A stretch of 64,000 bases of DNA from an uncultured Erysipelotrichaceae bacterium (lineage in GTDB: Bacteria; Bacillota_I; Bacilli_A; RFN20; CAG-826). The stretch is taken from positions 3,659 through 67,658 of the forward strand of contig CADBXE010000004.1 in NCBI GenBank assembly GCA_902798595.1, given 5' to 3'. The translations under genes were made by a program, and so were the position numbers. This document shows positions 25,540 through 35,458 of the stretch, piece by piece (within the stretch, counting starts at the first letter, position 1; every line of letters begins with the position of its first letter). The notes beneath the pieces were generated by a model. The model worked only from the letters and a program-made list of their open reading frames with translations, searched no databases and was not told the DNA's origin.

Positions 25540-28347
25540 TTATAGTTCAAGGGCGTCAAGTGGATTAATTTTATTAATTCTTCTGCTCATTATCGAACTA
25601 GAAATAAGAGCGATACTAAGAGACAAAATGAGCATTGGAAGAAAGGCAATTGGGTTGAATGAAAAATGGAAGCTCATCGATAGAGCATTGCCCACTTCAA
25701 AGTTTGCGGCTACCGAAAAGAGAAACAACTCCACACTAGCAACCATAAAAGAAACAAAACATTGGATGAGAGAATGATAGTAGAGGAATTTCCGGCTTTC
25801 TTTTTTATTTATCCCAAGGCATCTAGCAAGCGCTATTTCTTTCCTACCTTCTAAAATAAAGAGGTAGTTGCAAATAGTTAACAAAAGCACCGATATCAAA
25901 GTGGCCACAAAAGAGAAAATAATAAGAACAACTGTGATATAAAAACACACTGTATCTACACTATCATTGATATCGGAAAGAGGGTTAATAACATTGTAGT
26001 TAGGAAATCCTTTTTTAAATAGTTCGATGCTCTTATCAAATTGTTTAGGTTCTTTTAAGGAAAACGCCATTGATGTGGTCTGAAGTTCAAAAGCGCTGAT
26101 ACCGATTTTGCATTGATAAAATAATGTAGTCCAGTTCTTTGAATGATAAATGACATTCTTATTTGATTTTACGATTCCTGTGACCTTTAATGGAACAACA
26201 ACATAATCACTTATCAAACCACCGTTATTTGTCATCACTTCTTTTCTCGGAGTAGTAACTAATATTGTTTCATCAACATTTTCAATGCCGCATTCAATTG
26301 CAAAAGCTTCTGAAACAGCAATTTCATCTAAAGTCTCTGGTTTAACGCCTTTTTGCAACGCTTTTTCGTTAAAAACTCCAAATTGAATTCCGTTTTGCAG
26401 ACTTTTTGCGTAATTTCCACTTAAAACACCTTGCGGTAATTCTTCCTCGAAAAAACCATTATTGTTCTTACTAGTGGCCTTATCAACAATCTCATATATC
26501 TGTGTTTCATTTTTGGAAAAATACATCGTCTTAGCAAAGCCCATCATTAATGTTTCTGGATGGATTAAATAACCACTTTCATTACCAGATATCGGCGTTA
26601 ATAAATTGCTATCATTTTTCATGAAGTAATCAACATGCCAGCTTGGAATATGGGCTAATGTATTAGTGAAAACAATAACACGATCTCTATTATCAATTTT
26701 CTCATCATAGTATAGCCATGGATAATAATTCTCATCCGCAATTTCGAAGATATATTTATCCATTTCTTTATCTTCTAATAATAGGTTAAGTAATATATCT
26801 TTATTTTCTTTGGCTTTTAGATAGAACATTTTCTTCATTATCCAAGGCTCATTATCTTTTGTTGTTATTGCATCGTTAGTGGGAAATCTCATCCTTTCTT
26901 CAAACATGTATTCATTCCATAAATGATTGCTATGATAGATTTTTAGATTGTTTTCTAAAGTAAATCCGCGAACTGTAAGTAGTTGCTGATCGCTATATTC
27001 CCAATCATCGTTTCGGAAATCAAAAAACACCTGTAAATCATGGTCTAAGATATAGTTACTCAATGAAGTGACCGTTCTTTCTATTTGTAATTCAAAACAA
27101 ATATCTCTTAATCCATTGATGTTAAGAGCAAGAATAATCTCATCATCATCTAACTCGCTTATAGGATTTGGATAAACAGTTGTTTCTATATCTTCAATCC
27201 ATTCAAATTCATTAATGTGACGTGCACTGAATCCTGGTATCTCACAATATGTGTAACCGCGAATCATCGCTAAAGTGTTTCTATCTTTAAAATAGTTTTC
27301 AAAATTGCAGTAATAAGTTACTCCAATATCATCAATATATTCTGGATATGTTTCTTTGATATCGCTCACTTCGTAGAAATTAGCGGCGTATCTTCCTTGA
27401 ACAGAACTATTCTTGTCTTTCAAAGAAACAATGATAGAGTTATCATCCACTATTTCTTGGTAAGCTTTCTTGATGTTATCCGCGATTGTGGAAGATAAGG
27501 CAAAAGCTAAACCTATACCAATTAGTCCTAAGGAAGTCATCGTATAGCAAAGCCCTGTTCTTAATTTCTTTTGCTTCATTGTGTGAAACGTATGGTTCAC
27601 TAGAAAAGAATCGGGAATCTTACCTTTATTATTTGGAATACCATTATTTAGAATAGGCAAATGAGATTCATTATTAATGATTTCTTTCTGTTTTGTTAAT
27701 GAAACTATTTCACCATGATTCATTTCGATAATCTCATCAGCGTATTTCTTAGTGAGTTCTTGATCGTGCGAAACAATGATAACGAGAGATTTCTTTGAAA
27801 TCTTTTTAATAATATTCATTATTTCAGTGCCGGTTTGTTCATCTAGCGCTCCTGTTGGCTCGTCCGCAAGAATAATTGATGGGTCGTTAATTAAAGCACG
27901 AGCGATGGCCACTCTTTGTTTTTCTCCACCACTTAACTTATTAACAATTTGCTTTTCCTTCTCATAGAGTCCCACTAGGGTTAACAAATCCCTACACTTT
28001 CTTAATTTCTGTTCCTTTTTAATGGAATAGAGTGTTTCCAAAGGAAACAGAAGATTAGATAAAACCGTCTCGGTTTCAAACAGTTTGAAATCTTGAAAAA
28101 TAAACCCATAAGTAGATAGTCTTAAATGGCTTAAATCATTGTCGTTTAGATTTTCAACATGATGATGGTTTACTTGGATTGAACCAGAAAAGTTAATTAA
28201 CCCTGCGATACAGTTTAAAAGCGTGGTCTTACCTGAACCAGACGACCCATATATTACTGAAATGCCTTTATTAGGGAATTCATGATTAATGTTATTTAAA
28301 ACTACCCTTGAATCGTATTTTTTAGATACATTAGTGAGTTTAATCAT
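25540..28347 (-). CDS. Fused ABC ATPase + FtsX/MacB-type permease with a very large extracytoplasmic domain (935 aa)
   Basis: Walker [10 protein letters not shown], signature LSGGEKQR, Walker [12 protein letters not shown]. About 500 aa between TM1 and the C-terminal 3-TM FtsX bundle. Confidence 0.85.
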   Translation of the reverse strand: MIKLTNVSKKYDSRVVLNNINHEFPNKGISVIYGSSGSGKTTLLNCIAGLINFSGSIQVNHHHVENLNDNDLSHLRLSTYGFIFQDFKLFETETVLSNLLFPLETLYSIKKEQKLRKCRDLLTLVGLYEKEKQIVNKLSGGEKQRVAIARALINDPSIILADEPTGALDEQTGTEIMNIIKKISKKSLVIIVSHDQELTKKYADEIIEMNHGEIVSLTKQKEIINNESHLPILNNGIPNNKGKIPDSFLVNHTFHTMKQKKLRTGLCYTMTSLGLIGIGLAFALSSTIADNIKKAYQEIVDDNSIIVSLKDKNSSVQGRYAANFYEVSDIKETYPEYIDDIGVTYYCNFENYFKDRNTLAMIRGYTYCEIPGFSARHINEFEWIEDIETTVYPNPISELDDDEIILALNINGLRDICFELQIERTVTSLSNYILDHDLQVFFDFRNDDWEYSDQQLLTVRGFTLENNLKIYHSNHLWNEYMFEERMRFPTNDAITTKDNEPWIMKKMFYLKAKENKDILLNLLLEDKEMDKYIFEIADENYYPWLYYDEKIDNRDRVIVFTNTLAHIPSWHVDYFMKNDSNLLTPISGNESGYLIHPETLMMGFAKTMYFSKNETQIYEIVDKATSKNNNGFFEEELPQGVLSGNYAKSLQNGIQFGVFNEKALQKGVKPETLDEIAVSEAFAIECGIENVDETILVTTPRKEVMTNNGGLISDYVVVPLKVTGIVKSNKNVIYHSKNWTTLFYQCKIGISAFELQTTSMAFSLKEPKQFDKSIELFKKGFPNYNVINPLSDINDSVDTVCFYITVVLIIFSFVATLISVLLLTICNYLFILEGRKEIALARCLGINKKESRKFLYYHSLIQCFVSFMVASVELFLFSVAANFEVGNALSMSFHFSFNPIAFLPMLILSLSIALISSSIMSRRINKINPLDALEL

Positions 28348-30448
28348 TGGACTGTAATTCCTCCTTGAGTGATATTCTTTTAGAAAAAGTAATTGGGAGG
28401 TATGTGGCCAACAAACAAGTAAATAAAGCTCCTATGACAATAAGAAGTGGAAATAAAAACGCATGCCCGTGAAAAGATGCAAACGGAATATCGATAATAT
28501 CTATTAATGAAGTGAAATGTTCTATAAGTTTATTAATAGGCGACTGCAATAAAGCACTGATAGTAAATGAGATCGTTATACCGATTAGTCCTAATAAGAA
28601 ATTCTCAAATATATAGAGGGCTGTTATTTCTTCTCTTTTAGCGCCCAAACAAAGCAATATCGCTGAGTCTTTGACATCCTCGCTATAAGAAGCAAAAGAA
28701 ATAATACCAATAATCATGATCGTGCCAACTAAGGCGATAGCTAAGAACACTTCCATACCCACGCTTGCAGCGTTCACTAAGGAGAATAATGTTTCTTCAA
28801 TTGTTATCGCATTACTATTAAGGCTTAGTCCTTCCTTAAGATGATTTTTCATCTCTTTTAATCGATACACGTCTCCACTGTTTTTAAGAAAAAGTTTGTG
28901 GGAATAATTAGAGATATATTCGTTATCCATTGCGTTTATTACCCTTTCTTTCCAAGATATATCCCCTAGATAGTCAGAGAGATTATTCATTATTGTTTCA
29001 GACATATATTTATCCATCGCTTTATAGGAGTAATAGATTTTAGGAGCATTTAAAAATGTTAGCTCATCCACTACGCCAACAATCTCCACCGTTCGATCAT
29101 AAACAAAGTAATCAATGATATATGGTTTTTCAGTATCGTCAGTGTAATAGGTAACTGTACTGCTATCCTTTAAGTGAATATATGTCTTTAGAGGATCCAT
29201 CTTTGTTTGCTTTATTAAATAGTCATAAGCGGTTTTATTAATTACCACTTGCGATAAGGTGTCGATCGCTGGAAATTTGCCTTTAATCAAAAGGCTTTTA
29301 TCGATTGAAGAATCACAAAAAGAGTAGATAGGTGTATATGTTAAACCATTAATCTGCGATTCATTGATATATGTATCTAAGGCCGGAGAAACAAGCGAAT
29401 CATAAGAATAACAATAATGTAAGAAGTCATATGTCATACGCATATCACTTATTTCTTCTTCGCTCGCTCTTAATGTTTGGATAAGAGTAATTGGGGAATT
29501 ATCGCTTTTGATGTGCTTTTCTTTACTGAGAGAAGCCACTCCGTAGTCAAACTGATTTTCCGCGGACATTTCTATAGAATGATGCACTCCATTAGAAAAG
29601 CCAAATATCAACATACTCGCCGTAACGCCAATAGATAAAGCTAAGATAGAAAAGATATTCCTTTTGAATCTTTTAGAGAAGTTATTTGCGATAATTTGGT
29701 TATACCAATTTTGGTTGCTCTTTTTATCTTTTGATAACTCTATCTTTTCATTTTTTGTGTCATTGATTCTTTCAACATCAATAACCCGACCATCTCTCAT
29801 ATGAACAATACGGTCACTATATAATCTCGCTAATTCTTCATTGTGTGTCACCATGATAACTAAGGAATGTTCACTAGCCTTCTTTAAAGACTCCATTACT
29901 AAGAGGGCATTATCCTTGTCTAAAGCGCCTGTTGGCTCGTCCGCTAAAATGATACAAGGATTATTAATGAAGCCTCTCATAATGGCGATTCTTTCTTTTT
30001 CTCCGCCTGATAGTTTAGAGCATTTCTTATGTAGTAATTCTTTACTAATAGAGAATTTATCAATAAGCGACATTACTTTCTTTTTCGCGGTTTGAAAACT
30101 ATCACCACCTAATAAACTAGGTAACATGATGTTATACAAAGCAGTTTGGTTTTCTAAAAGGTGATAATGCTGAAAAATAAAACTAACGATTCTTTTTCGA
30201 TAAAAGGTGAGTTCCTTTTCTTTATATTTTGAAATATCCTCACTATTAAAAAATATTGTGCCTTCACTTGGATTATCAAGCTTTCCTATGAGGTTTAACA
30301 AAGTGGATTTGCCACATCCAGATTTACCCAAAACACTAATTAAGCCAGTGGATGGAAAAGCTAAAGTAATGTCTTTTAAGACATACTTTTTCTCATTTTT
30401 ATCAATGTGATAAAACTTGCTAACTCGCTTAATGACTAATAGAGACAT
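28340..30448 (-). CDS. Fused ABC ATPase + FtsX/MacB-type permease (702 aa)
   Basis: Walker A GKSGCGKST, signature LSGGEKER, Walker [12 protein letters not shown]. 8-nt overlap (ATGATTAA) with the downstream paralogue. Confidence 0.85.
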   Translation of the reverse strand: MSLLVIKRVSKFYHIDKNEKKYVLKDITLAFPSTGLISVLGKSGCGKSTLLNLIGKLDNPSEGTIFFNSEDISKYKEKELTFYRKRIVSFIFQHYHLLENQTALYNIMLPSLLGGDSFQTAKKKVMSLIDKFSISKELLHKKCSKLSGGEKERIAIMRGFINNPCIILADEPTGALDKDNALLVMESLKKASEHSLVIMVTHNEELARLYSDRIVHMRDGRVIDVERINDTKNEKIELSKDKKSNQNWYNQIIANNFSKRFKRNIFSILALSIGVTASMLIFGFSNGVHHSIEMSAENQFDYGVASLSKEKHIKSDNSPITLIQTLRASEEEISDMRMTYDFLHYCYSYDSLVSPALDTYINESQINGLTYTPIYSFCDSSIDKSLLIKGKFPAIDTLSQVVINKTAYDYLIKQTKMDPLKTYIHLKDSSTVTYYTDDTEKPYIIDYFVYDRTVEIVGVVDELTFLNAPKIYYSYKAMDKYMSETIMNNLSDYLGDISWKERVINAMDNEYISNYSHKLFLKNSGDVYRLKEMKNHLKEGLSLNSNAITIEETLFSLVNAASVGMEVFLAIALVGTIMIIGIISFASYSEDVKDSAILLCLGAKREEITALYIFENFLLGLIGITISFTISALLQSPINKLIEHFTSLIDIIDIPFASFHGHAFLFPLLIVIGALFTCLLATYLPITFSKRISLKEELQSND

Positions 30449-30481
30449 AAAAAAACTCCCTCTATTAATAAGTAGGGGGAG
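30449..30481 (-). terminator. Intrinsic terminator of fhs, whose 3' arm contains the SD of the ABC gene
   Basis: On the minus strand: CTCCCCCTA-cttattaa-TAGAGGGAG, then TTTTTTT, then ATG (30448). Confidence 0.6.
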
Positions 30482-30483
30482 AT

Positions 30484-30503
30484 TTTGATTTTTTTCCTAA
30501 AAA
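30484..30503. repeat. 20-nt exact repeat, copy 1 (tttgatttttttcctaaaaa)
   Basis: Identical to 39165-39184. Both copies lie just downstream of a stop codon and upstream of the next minus-strand gene. Confidence 0.9.
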
Positions 30504-30506
30504 GTT

Positions 30507-32135
30507 TTAGTGATCAAGTTTTTGATCGTATGGGACGTCTTCCATTTTGACCGCTGCTGGAACCTTTGGAAGGCCTGGCATTGTCATGATCGCACCGGTT
30601 AAAGGAACGATGAAGTTAGCGCCTGCAGATAATCTCACTTCGCGGATAGTGACTGTAAAGCCTTTTGGTGCGCCTAAGACTTTTGGATCATCGGTTAATG
30701 ATTGCGGTGTCTTGGCGATACAGATTGGAGTTTTATCAAAGCCTAACTTTGTATAATCTTCGATTTGTTTATTTGCAGCATCCGTATAAACAACTTCACC
30801 CGCACCGTAGATTTCTTTGCAGATGATTTCAATCTTATCTTTGATTGGAAGTTTTTCATCATATAAAGGATGATAATGTGATTCTTTAGTGTTAAGGATG
30901 TTCATCACTGCTTTAGCAAGTTCTGCACCACCTTTACCGCCATCAGCGAACGCTGAACAGTAAGCGTGTTCATAGCCGTTTTCTTCACACCATTTGCTTA
31001 ACCAAGCTGTTTCAGCTTCGGTATCGCTAGCGAAGTGGTTAATGCAAACAACAGCAGGAACGCCATACTTTTCAACATTTTCAATATGTTTCTTTAAGTT
31101 ACAAACGCCATTCTTAAGAGCTTCAACGTTTTCGTTAGCGAGTTCTTCAAATGGTTGACCACCATGCATCTTAAGGGCTCTAATTGTGGCGACTACGACG
31201 ACAGCATCTGGTTTTAAACCAGCAACGCGGCATTTAATGTCTAAGAATTTTTCTGCACCAAGGTCAGCACCGAAGCCTGCCTCTGTAACCACAACTGGGG
31301 CTAATTTAAGAGCCATCTTTGTGGCAATGATGGAGTTACAACCATGAGCGATGTTAGCAAATGGTCCACCATGGATAATGGCAGGATTGCCTTCTAATGT
31401 TTGAACGAGGTTTGGATTAAGCGCGGTAATCATGAGTTTCATGATAGCGTGACTAATTCTTAATTGTCTTAAGAAGACTGGTTTTTCATCATAACTATAG
31501 GCAACGATGATGTTATTGATTCTATTCATAAAATCATCGACGTCTTTAGATAAGCAGAGAATCGCCATTAATTCACTAGCGACTGTAATCACGAATTCTT
31601 CTTGTCTTGGAGCACATTTTGTTTCGCCTTCAGAAACAGTCACTTTTCTTAAAGCTCTATCATTCATATCAAGGGCTCTCTTCCAGAGAACTCTTTCAGG
31701 ATTAATGTTCAATTCATTACCTTGCCAAATTGAGTTATCAATACACGCGGCGATTAAATTAATAGAACTTGTTAAAGCGTGCATATCACCTGTGAAGTGT
31801 AAGTTGATATCTTCACTAGGAACCACTAAGGCTTTACCACCACCAGTAGCGCCACCTTTAATGCCGAAAACAGGACCAAGAGAAGGTTCTCTTAAACAGA
31901 CTAATGAAGGAACGCCAATATAACGTAAGCCATCGTGCAAGCCGATGGATGTAGTTGTTTTGCCTTCACCAGCTTTTGTTGGTGTAATTGCGGTAACTAA
32001 AACTAATTTACCGTTTGGACGATTTTTTAATTCGTCCATAATCTTTAATGAGATTTTGGCCTTATCACAACCAAAAGGAATAAGGTATTTCTCATCAACA
32101 TTAATCATTTTTGCTACATCGAAAATGTTTCCCAT
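30507..32135 (-). CDS. fhs: Formate--tetrahydrofolate ligase
   Basis: TPTKAGEGKTTTSIGL motif, 542 aa, FTHFS signature regions. Confidence 0.95.
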   Translation of the reverse strand: MGNIFDVAKMINVDEKYLIPFGCDKAKISLKIMDELKNRPNGKLVLVTAITPTKAGEGKTTTSIGLHDGLRYIGVPSLVCLREPSLGPVFGIKGGATGGGKALVVPSEDINLHFTGDMHALTSSINLIAACIDNSIWQGNELNINPERVLWKRALDMNDRALRKVTVSEGETKCAPRQEEFVITVASELMAILCLSKDVDDFMNRINNIIVAYSYDEKPVFLRQLRISHAIMKLMITALNPNLVQTLEGNPAIIHGGPFANIAHGCNSIIATKMALKLAPVVVTEAGFGADLGAEKFLDIKCRVAGLKPDAVVVVATIRALKMHGGQPFEELANENVEALKNGVCNLKKHIENVEKYGVPAVVCINHFASDTEAETAWLSKWCEENGYEHAYCSAFADGGKGGAELAKAVMNILNTKESHYHPLYDEKLPIKDKIEIICKEIYGAGEVVYTDAANKQIEDYTKLGFDKTPICIAKTPQSLTDDPKVLGAPKGFTVTIREVRLSAGANFIVPLTGAIMTMPGLPKVPAAVKMEDVPYDQKLDH

Positions 32136-32156
32136 AAATAGAACCTCTCTATAATT

Positions 32157-32837
32157 TCATTTGCTATCTATTATGCCATTCAAAATATATTTTGCAATAA
32201 CTAATCCCGCACTTGATGGCACCATCATTGTGGAATATAGTTTTTCAGCGTTCTTCTGTGGTATTTCTTCAGAGATAACTACGTTAATCTTACTTAAATC
32301 TAATTCTGCCTTTTTAGCCATATAACGAATCTTTTTCGCTAATGGGTCATTACGGGTTTGATTGAGTTTGCTAATTCTCACTTGTTCAGGATTAAATCTA
32401 TTAGCCATGCCTAAGGACATGATTAAAGGAATATTGTTTTCTTGGGCTTTTATAGCAAGGAATAATTTACCATCAACATCATCAATAGCATCCACTAAGT
32501 AATCTATTTTTTGGTTAAAATCAAATTCTTGGGCTTTGCTTTTAAAAGATTTGACATCTGCATCAGGATTGATTGATAAAATCCTTTCTTTAGCCGCTTT
32601 GACTTTTTCTCTACCAATATCTTTAGAGGTATAAAGAATTTGTCTATTAAGGTTAGAAGGATCAACTTTATCGAAATCCACGATGATAAAATGTTGAAAA
32701 CCCGTTCTTGCTAAAGCTTCGAGAGCGGTTCCACCCACACCACCTAAACCAAAAACAGCAATAACCTTATCTTGGAGTTTATTAAAGTTATCCTCACCTA
32801 ATAGACCAATGGAACGTGCAAATATTTCTCTATTCAT
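32157..32837 (-). CDS. tcdA: tRNA threonylcarbamoyladenosine dehydratase (ThiF/E1-like)
   Basis: VFGLGGVGGTALEALARTG Rossmann motif. About 226 aa, which is typical for TcdA/CsdL. Confidence 0.75.
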   Translation of the reverse strand: MNREIFARSIGLLGEDNFNKLQDKVIAVFGLGGVGGTALEALARTGFQHFIIVDFDKVDPSNLNRQILYTSKDIGREKVKAAKERILSINPDADVKSFKSKAQEFDFNQKIDYLVDAIDDVDGKLFLAIKAQENNIPLIMSLGMANRFNPEQVRISKLNQTRNDPLAKKIRYMAKKAELDLSKINVVISEEIPQKNAEKLYSTMMVPSSAGLVIAKYILNGIIDSK

Positions 32838-33711
32838 GTTGAGCCTCTTTTAATAATTCTTCTTTAGTGGCAAATTCCTTGCATGGCAATTGATGCTTAA
32901 AGAAAGTGACTTGCCTCTTAGCGTAGTTTCTTGTTCTCTTTTTAATGAGTTCTTTGCATTCTTCTAAAGAGCATTTGTTTTCAAGATAATCAAGAACTTC
33001 TTTATAACCAATAGCCGCTTTTGCGGTTAATGATAAATCGTATTTCTTAACAAGTTTTTTAACTTCGTCTAATAAGCCCATATCAAACATTTGGTCGACA
33101 CGTGTATTGATATTCTCGTATAACTGTTCTCTATTTGGATTAATAAAATAGAATCTGATATCTTCATCTTTAAAGAACAAAGCATGTTCTTGCTTATCAA
33201 TATTCTCAGACTTATTAGTGGCGTGAGTTCTAGCAATTTGCAACGCTCTAATAACTCTTTTGCGATTATTCATATGAATTGTTTCAGTGGCCTTGACGTC
33301 CACTGCCTTTAACATTTCATATAGTTCTTCATTGCCTAAATCTTCTAAATCAGAAATATCCGCTTCTTCTTCGTCTTCAAAAACGTAATCATATAAAGCG
33401 GCTCTAATGTAGAGGCCTGTACCGCCACAGACAATGATGGTCGGATATTTCTTTTTGAGTTCTAGATAAATCTTTCTAAAGTCTTCTTGGTACTCTTTAA
33501 CGGAATAGGTTTGATTTGGTTTAACAATATCCAAAAGATAGTGTTTCTTGTAATCCTCACTATCCCTTTCCACCTTAGCGGTGCCGATATCCATTTCTTG
33601 ATAGATTTGAAAAGCATCCCCATTGATAATAGGAGCGTTATAGAATTCCGCTAAAGATAAAGCTAACGATGTTTTACCAGATCCTGTAGGACCGACTATG
33701 ACTATAAGCAT
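32830..33711 (-). CDS. miaA: tRNA dimethylallyltransferase
   Basis: GPTGSGKTS P-loop and the LYIRAL..Y pattern. Confidence 0.92.
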   Translation of the reverse strand: MLIVIVGPTGSGKTSLALSLAEFYNAPIINGDAFQIYQEMDIGTAKVERDSEDYKKHYLLDIVKPNQTYSVKEYQEDFRKIYLELKKKYPTIIVCGGTGLYIRAALYDYVFEDEEEADISDLEDLGNEELYEMLKAVDVKATETIHMNNRKRVIRALQIARTHATNKSENIDKQEHALFFKDEDIRFYFINPNREQLYENINTRVDQMFDMGLLDEVKKLVKKYDLSLTAKAAIGYKEVLDYLENKCSLEECKELIKKRTRNYAKRQVTFFKHQLPCKEFATKEELLKEAQHE

Positions 33712-33730
33712 GTGATAATTATAACAAAAA

Positions 33731-33752
33731 AATGCGATTTTATTCGCATTTA
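33731..33752 (-). terminator. Hairpin plus T-run overlapping the ricA-like stop codon
   Basis: On the minus strand: TAAATGCGAataaaTCGCATTTTTTTT. Confidence 0.55.
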
Positions 33753-34025
33753 TTTAATAATGGTTTGGATTGTTTTGAGCAATTCGTATAAAGCGTTCTT
33801 GCTCATTTCGTAATTCACAACTATTGGATGATTATCGTATAGAGCCTGTAAATTGTTAGCTTCTTGGATTTTTCCTTTAGCCCTCAAGTTAGCAATATTG
33901 TGCTTTAACTCTATCACGTCTTCGCTCTTTTCAAATTGTTCTTTGTTTTTAAGAAACTCTTTCATTTCAGGAGTTTCATCAATCAAAGTTTTTAATTCTT
34001 GAGCCTTTTCAATGACTTTATCCAT
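33750..34025 (-). CDS. ricA: YmcA/YlbF-family protein (RicA-like)
   Basis: 91-aa helical protein directly downstream of miaB, as ymcA is in Bacillus. Confidence 0.6.
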   Translation of the reverse strand: MDKVIEKAQELKTLIDETPEMKEFLKNKEQFEKSEDVIELKHNIANLRAKGKIQEANNLQALYDNHPIVVNYEMSKNALYELLKTIQTIIK

Positions 34026-35457
34026 TCACGATTTCCCCAATCATAGAATAGGTATGAGATTCACTAATCTTTACTTTAACGATTTTGCCAATCATTGATT
34101 CATCGCCTTTAAAGTGAACAAGTTTGTTTTCTTCTGTATAACCAGAATACATATCTTTATCGTTTTTGCTCACCCCATCAACCAGAACATCAAATGTTTG
34201 ACCCACCATTGTTTTACTATGGTTTTCGATATGGACTTCTAAATGTTTAACAAGTTCCATAAATCTCGCAGATTTTGTTTCCTTAGAAACATTATCTTCA
34301 ATCTTTGCTGCTGGTGTTCCTTTTCTAGGTGAATAGATAAATGTAAATGCCGCTTCGTATTTGACTTCATCAACAATTGATAAAGTATCTTTGAATTCTT
34401 CATCCGTTTCATTTGGGAAGCCAACGATAATGTCAGTGGATAAGGCTAAACCTGGAATTTTTTCTCTCATCTCTTTAACTAAAGCGAGATAAGTTTCTCT
34501 TGTATATCTTCTACCCATCGCCTTTAAAACACGGTCATTACCAGACTGAACAGGAAGATGAATAAATTTCATAATATTTGGGTGTTTTGCAATCACATCA
34601 ATCATCTTTGAGGAGAAATCCCATGGGTGAGAGGTGGTGAATCTTAATCGCGCAATGCCTAATTTAGCGACTGCCTCTAATAAGTCAGCAAAGTCTTTTC
34701 CTTCGTCTAAATCTTTACCATAAGCATTAACATTTTGACCTAAAAGAGTAATCTCTTGATAACCGTTATCAATTAATTGCTGGCATTCTTTTAAGACATC
34801 TTCAAAGTGTCTACTTCTTTCTTTGCCTCTAGTATAAGGAACAATACAGTATGTGCAGAACTTATCGCAGCCATACATAACGTTAACATAAGCCTTATAG
34901 GTATTGTTACGGCAGGCAGGAGCGATTTCGATAACTTCGCCTGGTTTGCTTTCAATGGCCACTACTCTTTCTTTAGAAGTTCTTACCTCATAAACAAGAG
35001 AATATAGTTGAGCAATTTCATGAGTGCCAAAATATAAATTAACTTCACTAAATGTTTCCATTAATTTCTTTAAGATTTCTGGTTGTTCCACCATGCAGCC
35101 ACAGATGGCTAAAGTAAGTTCTTTGTTTTTCTTTCTTAAGTGCTTGAGATTACCGATTTCGCCATAAACTTTATCTTCAGCGTTTTCTCTTACTGCGCAT
35201 GTATTAATAATGATTAAAGTGGCTTCTTCTGGTTTATCGGTTTGAATATAGCCAACATCTTCTAATAAGCCGCGCATTGTTTCTTCATCTCTAACGTTAG
35301 CTTGGCAGCCATAAGTATGAATATAATACTTTTCGCCTTTGACTAACTTTTCTAATTCTTCCTTCTTGTCAAAAGAAGCAGGCGCAAAAACAGTAGCTTC
35401 TTTTCTACGAGAGGCCGCTTTTAACATATTTGGAGTGTTGATAATTTTTGTTTTCAT
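34018..35457 (-). CDS. miaB: tRNA-2-methylthio-N6-dimethylallyladenosine synthase
   Basis: UPF0004 domain (YGCQAN), radical-SAM CDKFCTYC motif, TRAM domain. Confidence 0.93.
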   Translation of the reverse strand: MKTKIINTPNMLKAASRRKEATVFAPASFDKKEELEKLVKGEKYYIHTYGCQANVRDEETMRGLLEDVGYIQTDKPEEATLIIINTCAVRENAEDKVYGEIGNLKHLRKKNKELTLAICGCMVEQPEILKKLMETFSEVNLYFGTHEIAQLYSLVYEVRTSKERVVAIESKPGEVIEIAPACRNNTYKAYVNVMYGCDKFCTYCIVPYTRGKERSRHFEDVLKECQQLIDNGYQEITLLGQNVNAYGKDLDEGKDFADLLEAVAKLGIARLRFTTSHPWDFSSKMIDVIAKHPNIMKFIHLPVQSGNDRVLKAMGRRYTRETYLALVKEMREKIPGLALSTDIIVGFPNETDEEFKDTLSIVDEVKYEAAFTFIYSPRKGTPAAKIEDNVSKETKSARFMELVKHLEVHIENHSKTMVGQTFDVLVDGVSKNDKDMYSGYTEENKLVHFKGDESMIGKIVKVKISESHTYSMIGEIVNG

Positions 35458-35458
35458 A

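Noticed and set aside
25540-30448. The idea that the AT-rich ABC pair is a recent horizontal acquisition.
   Set aside because: I cannot support this from the window. Other clearly native genes (for example recX and the Wzy_C-like gene) are equally AT-rich by hand count. There are no flanking repeats, integrase or tRNA. I kept only the compositional note inside the ABC finding.
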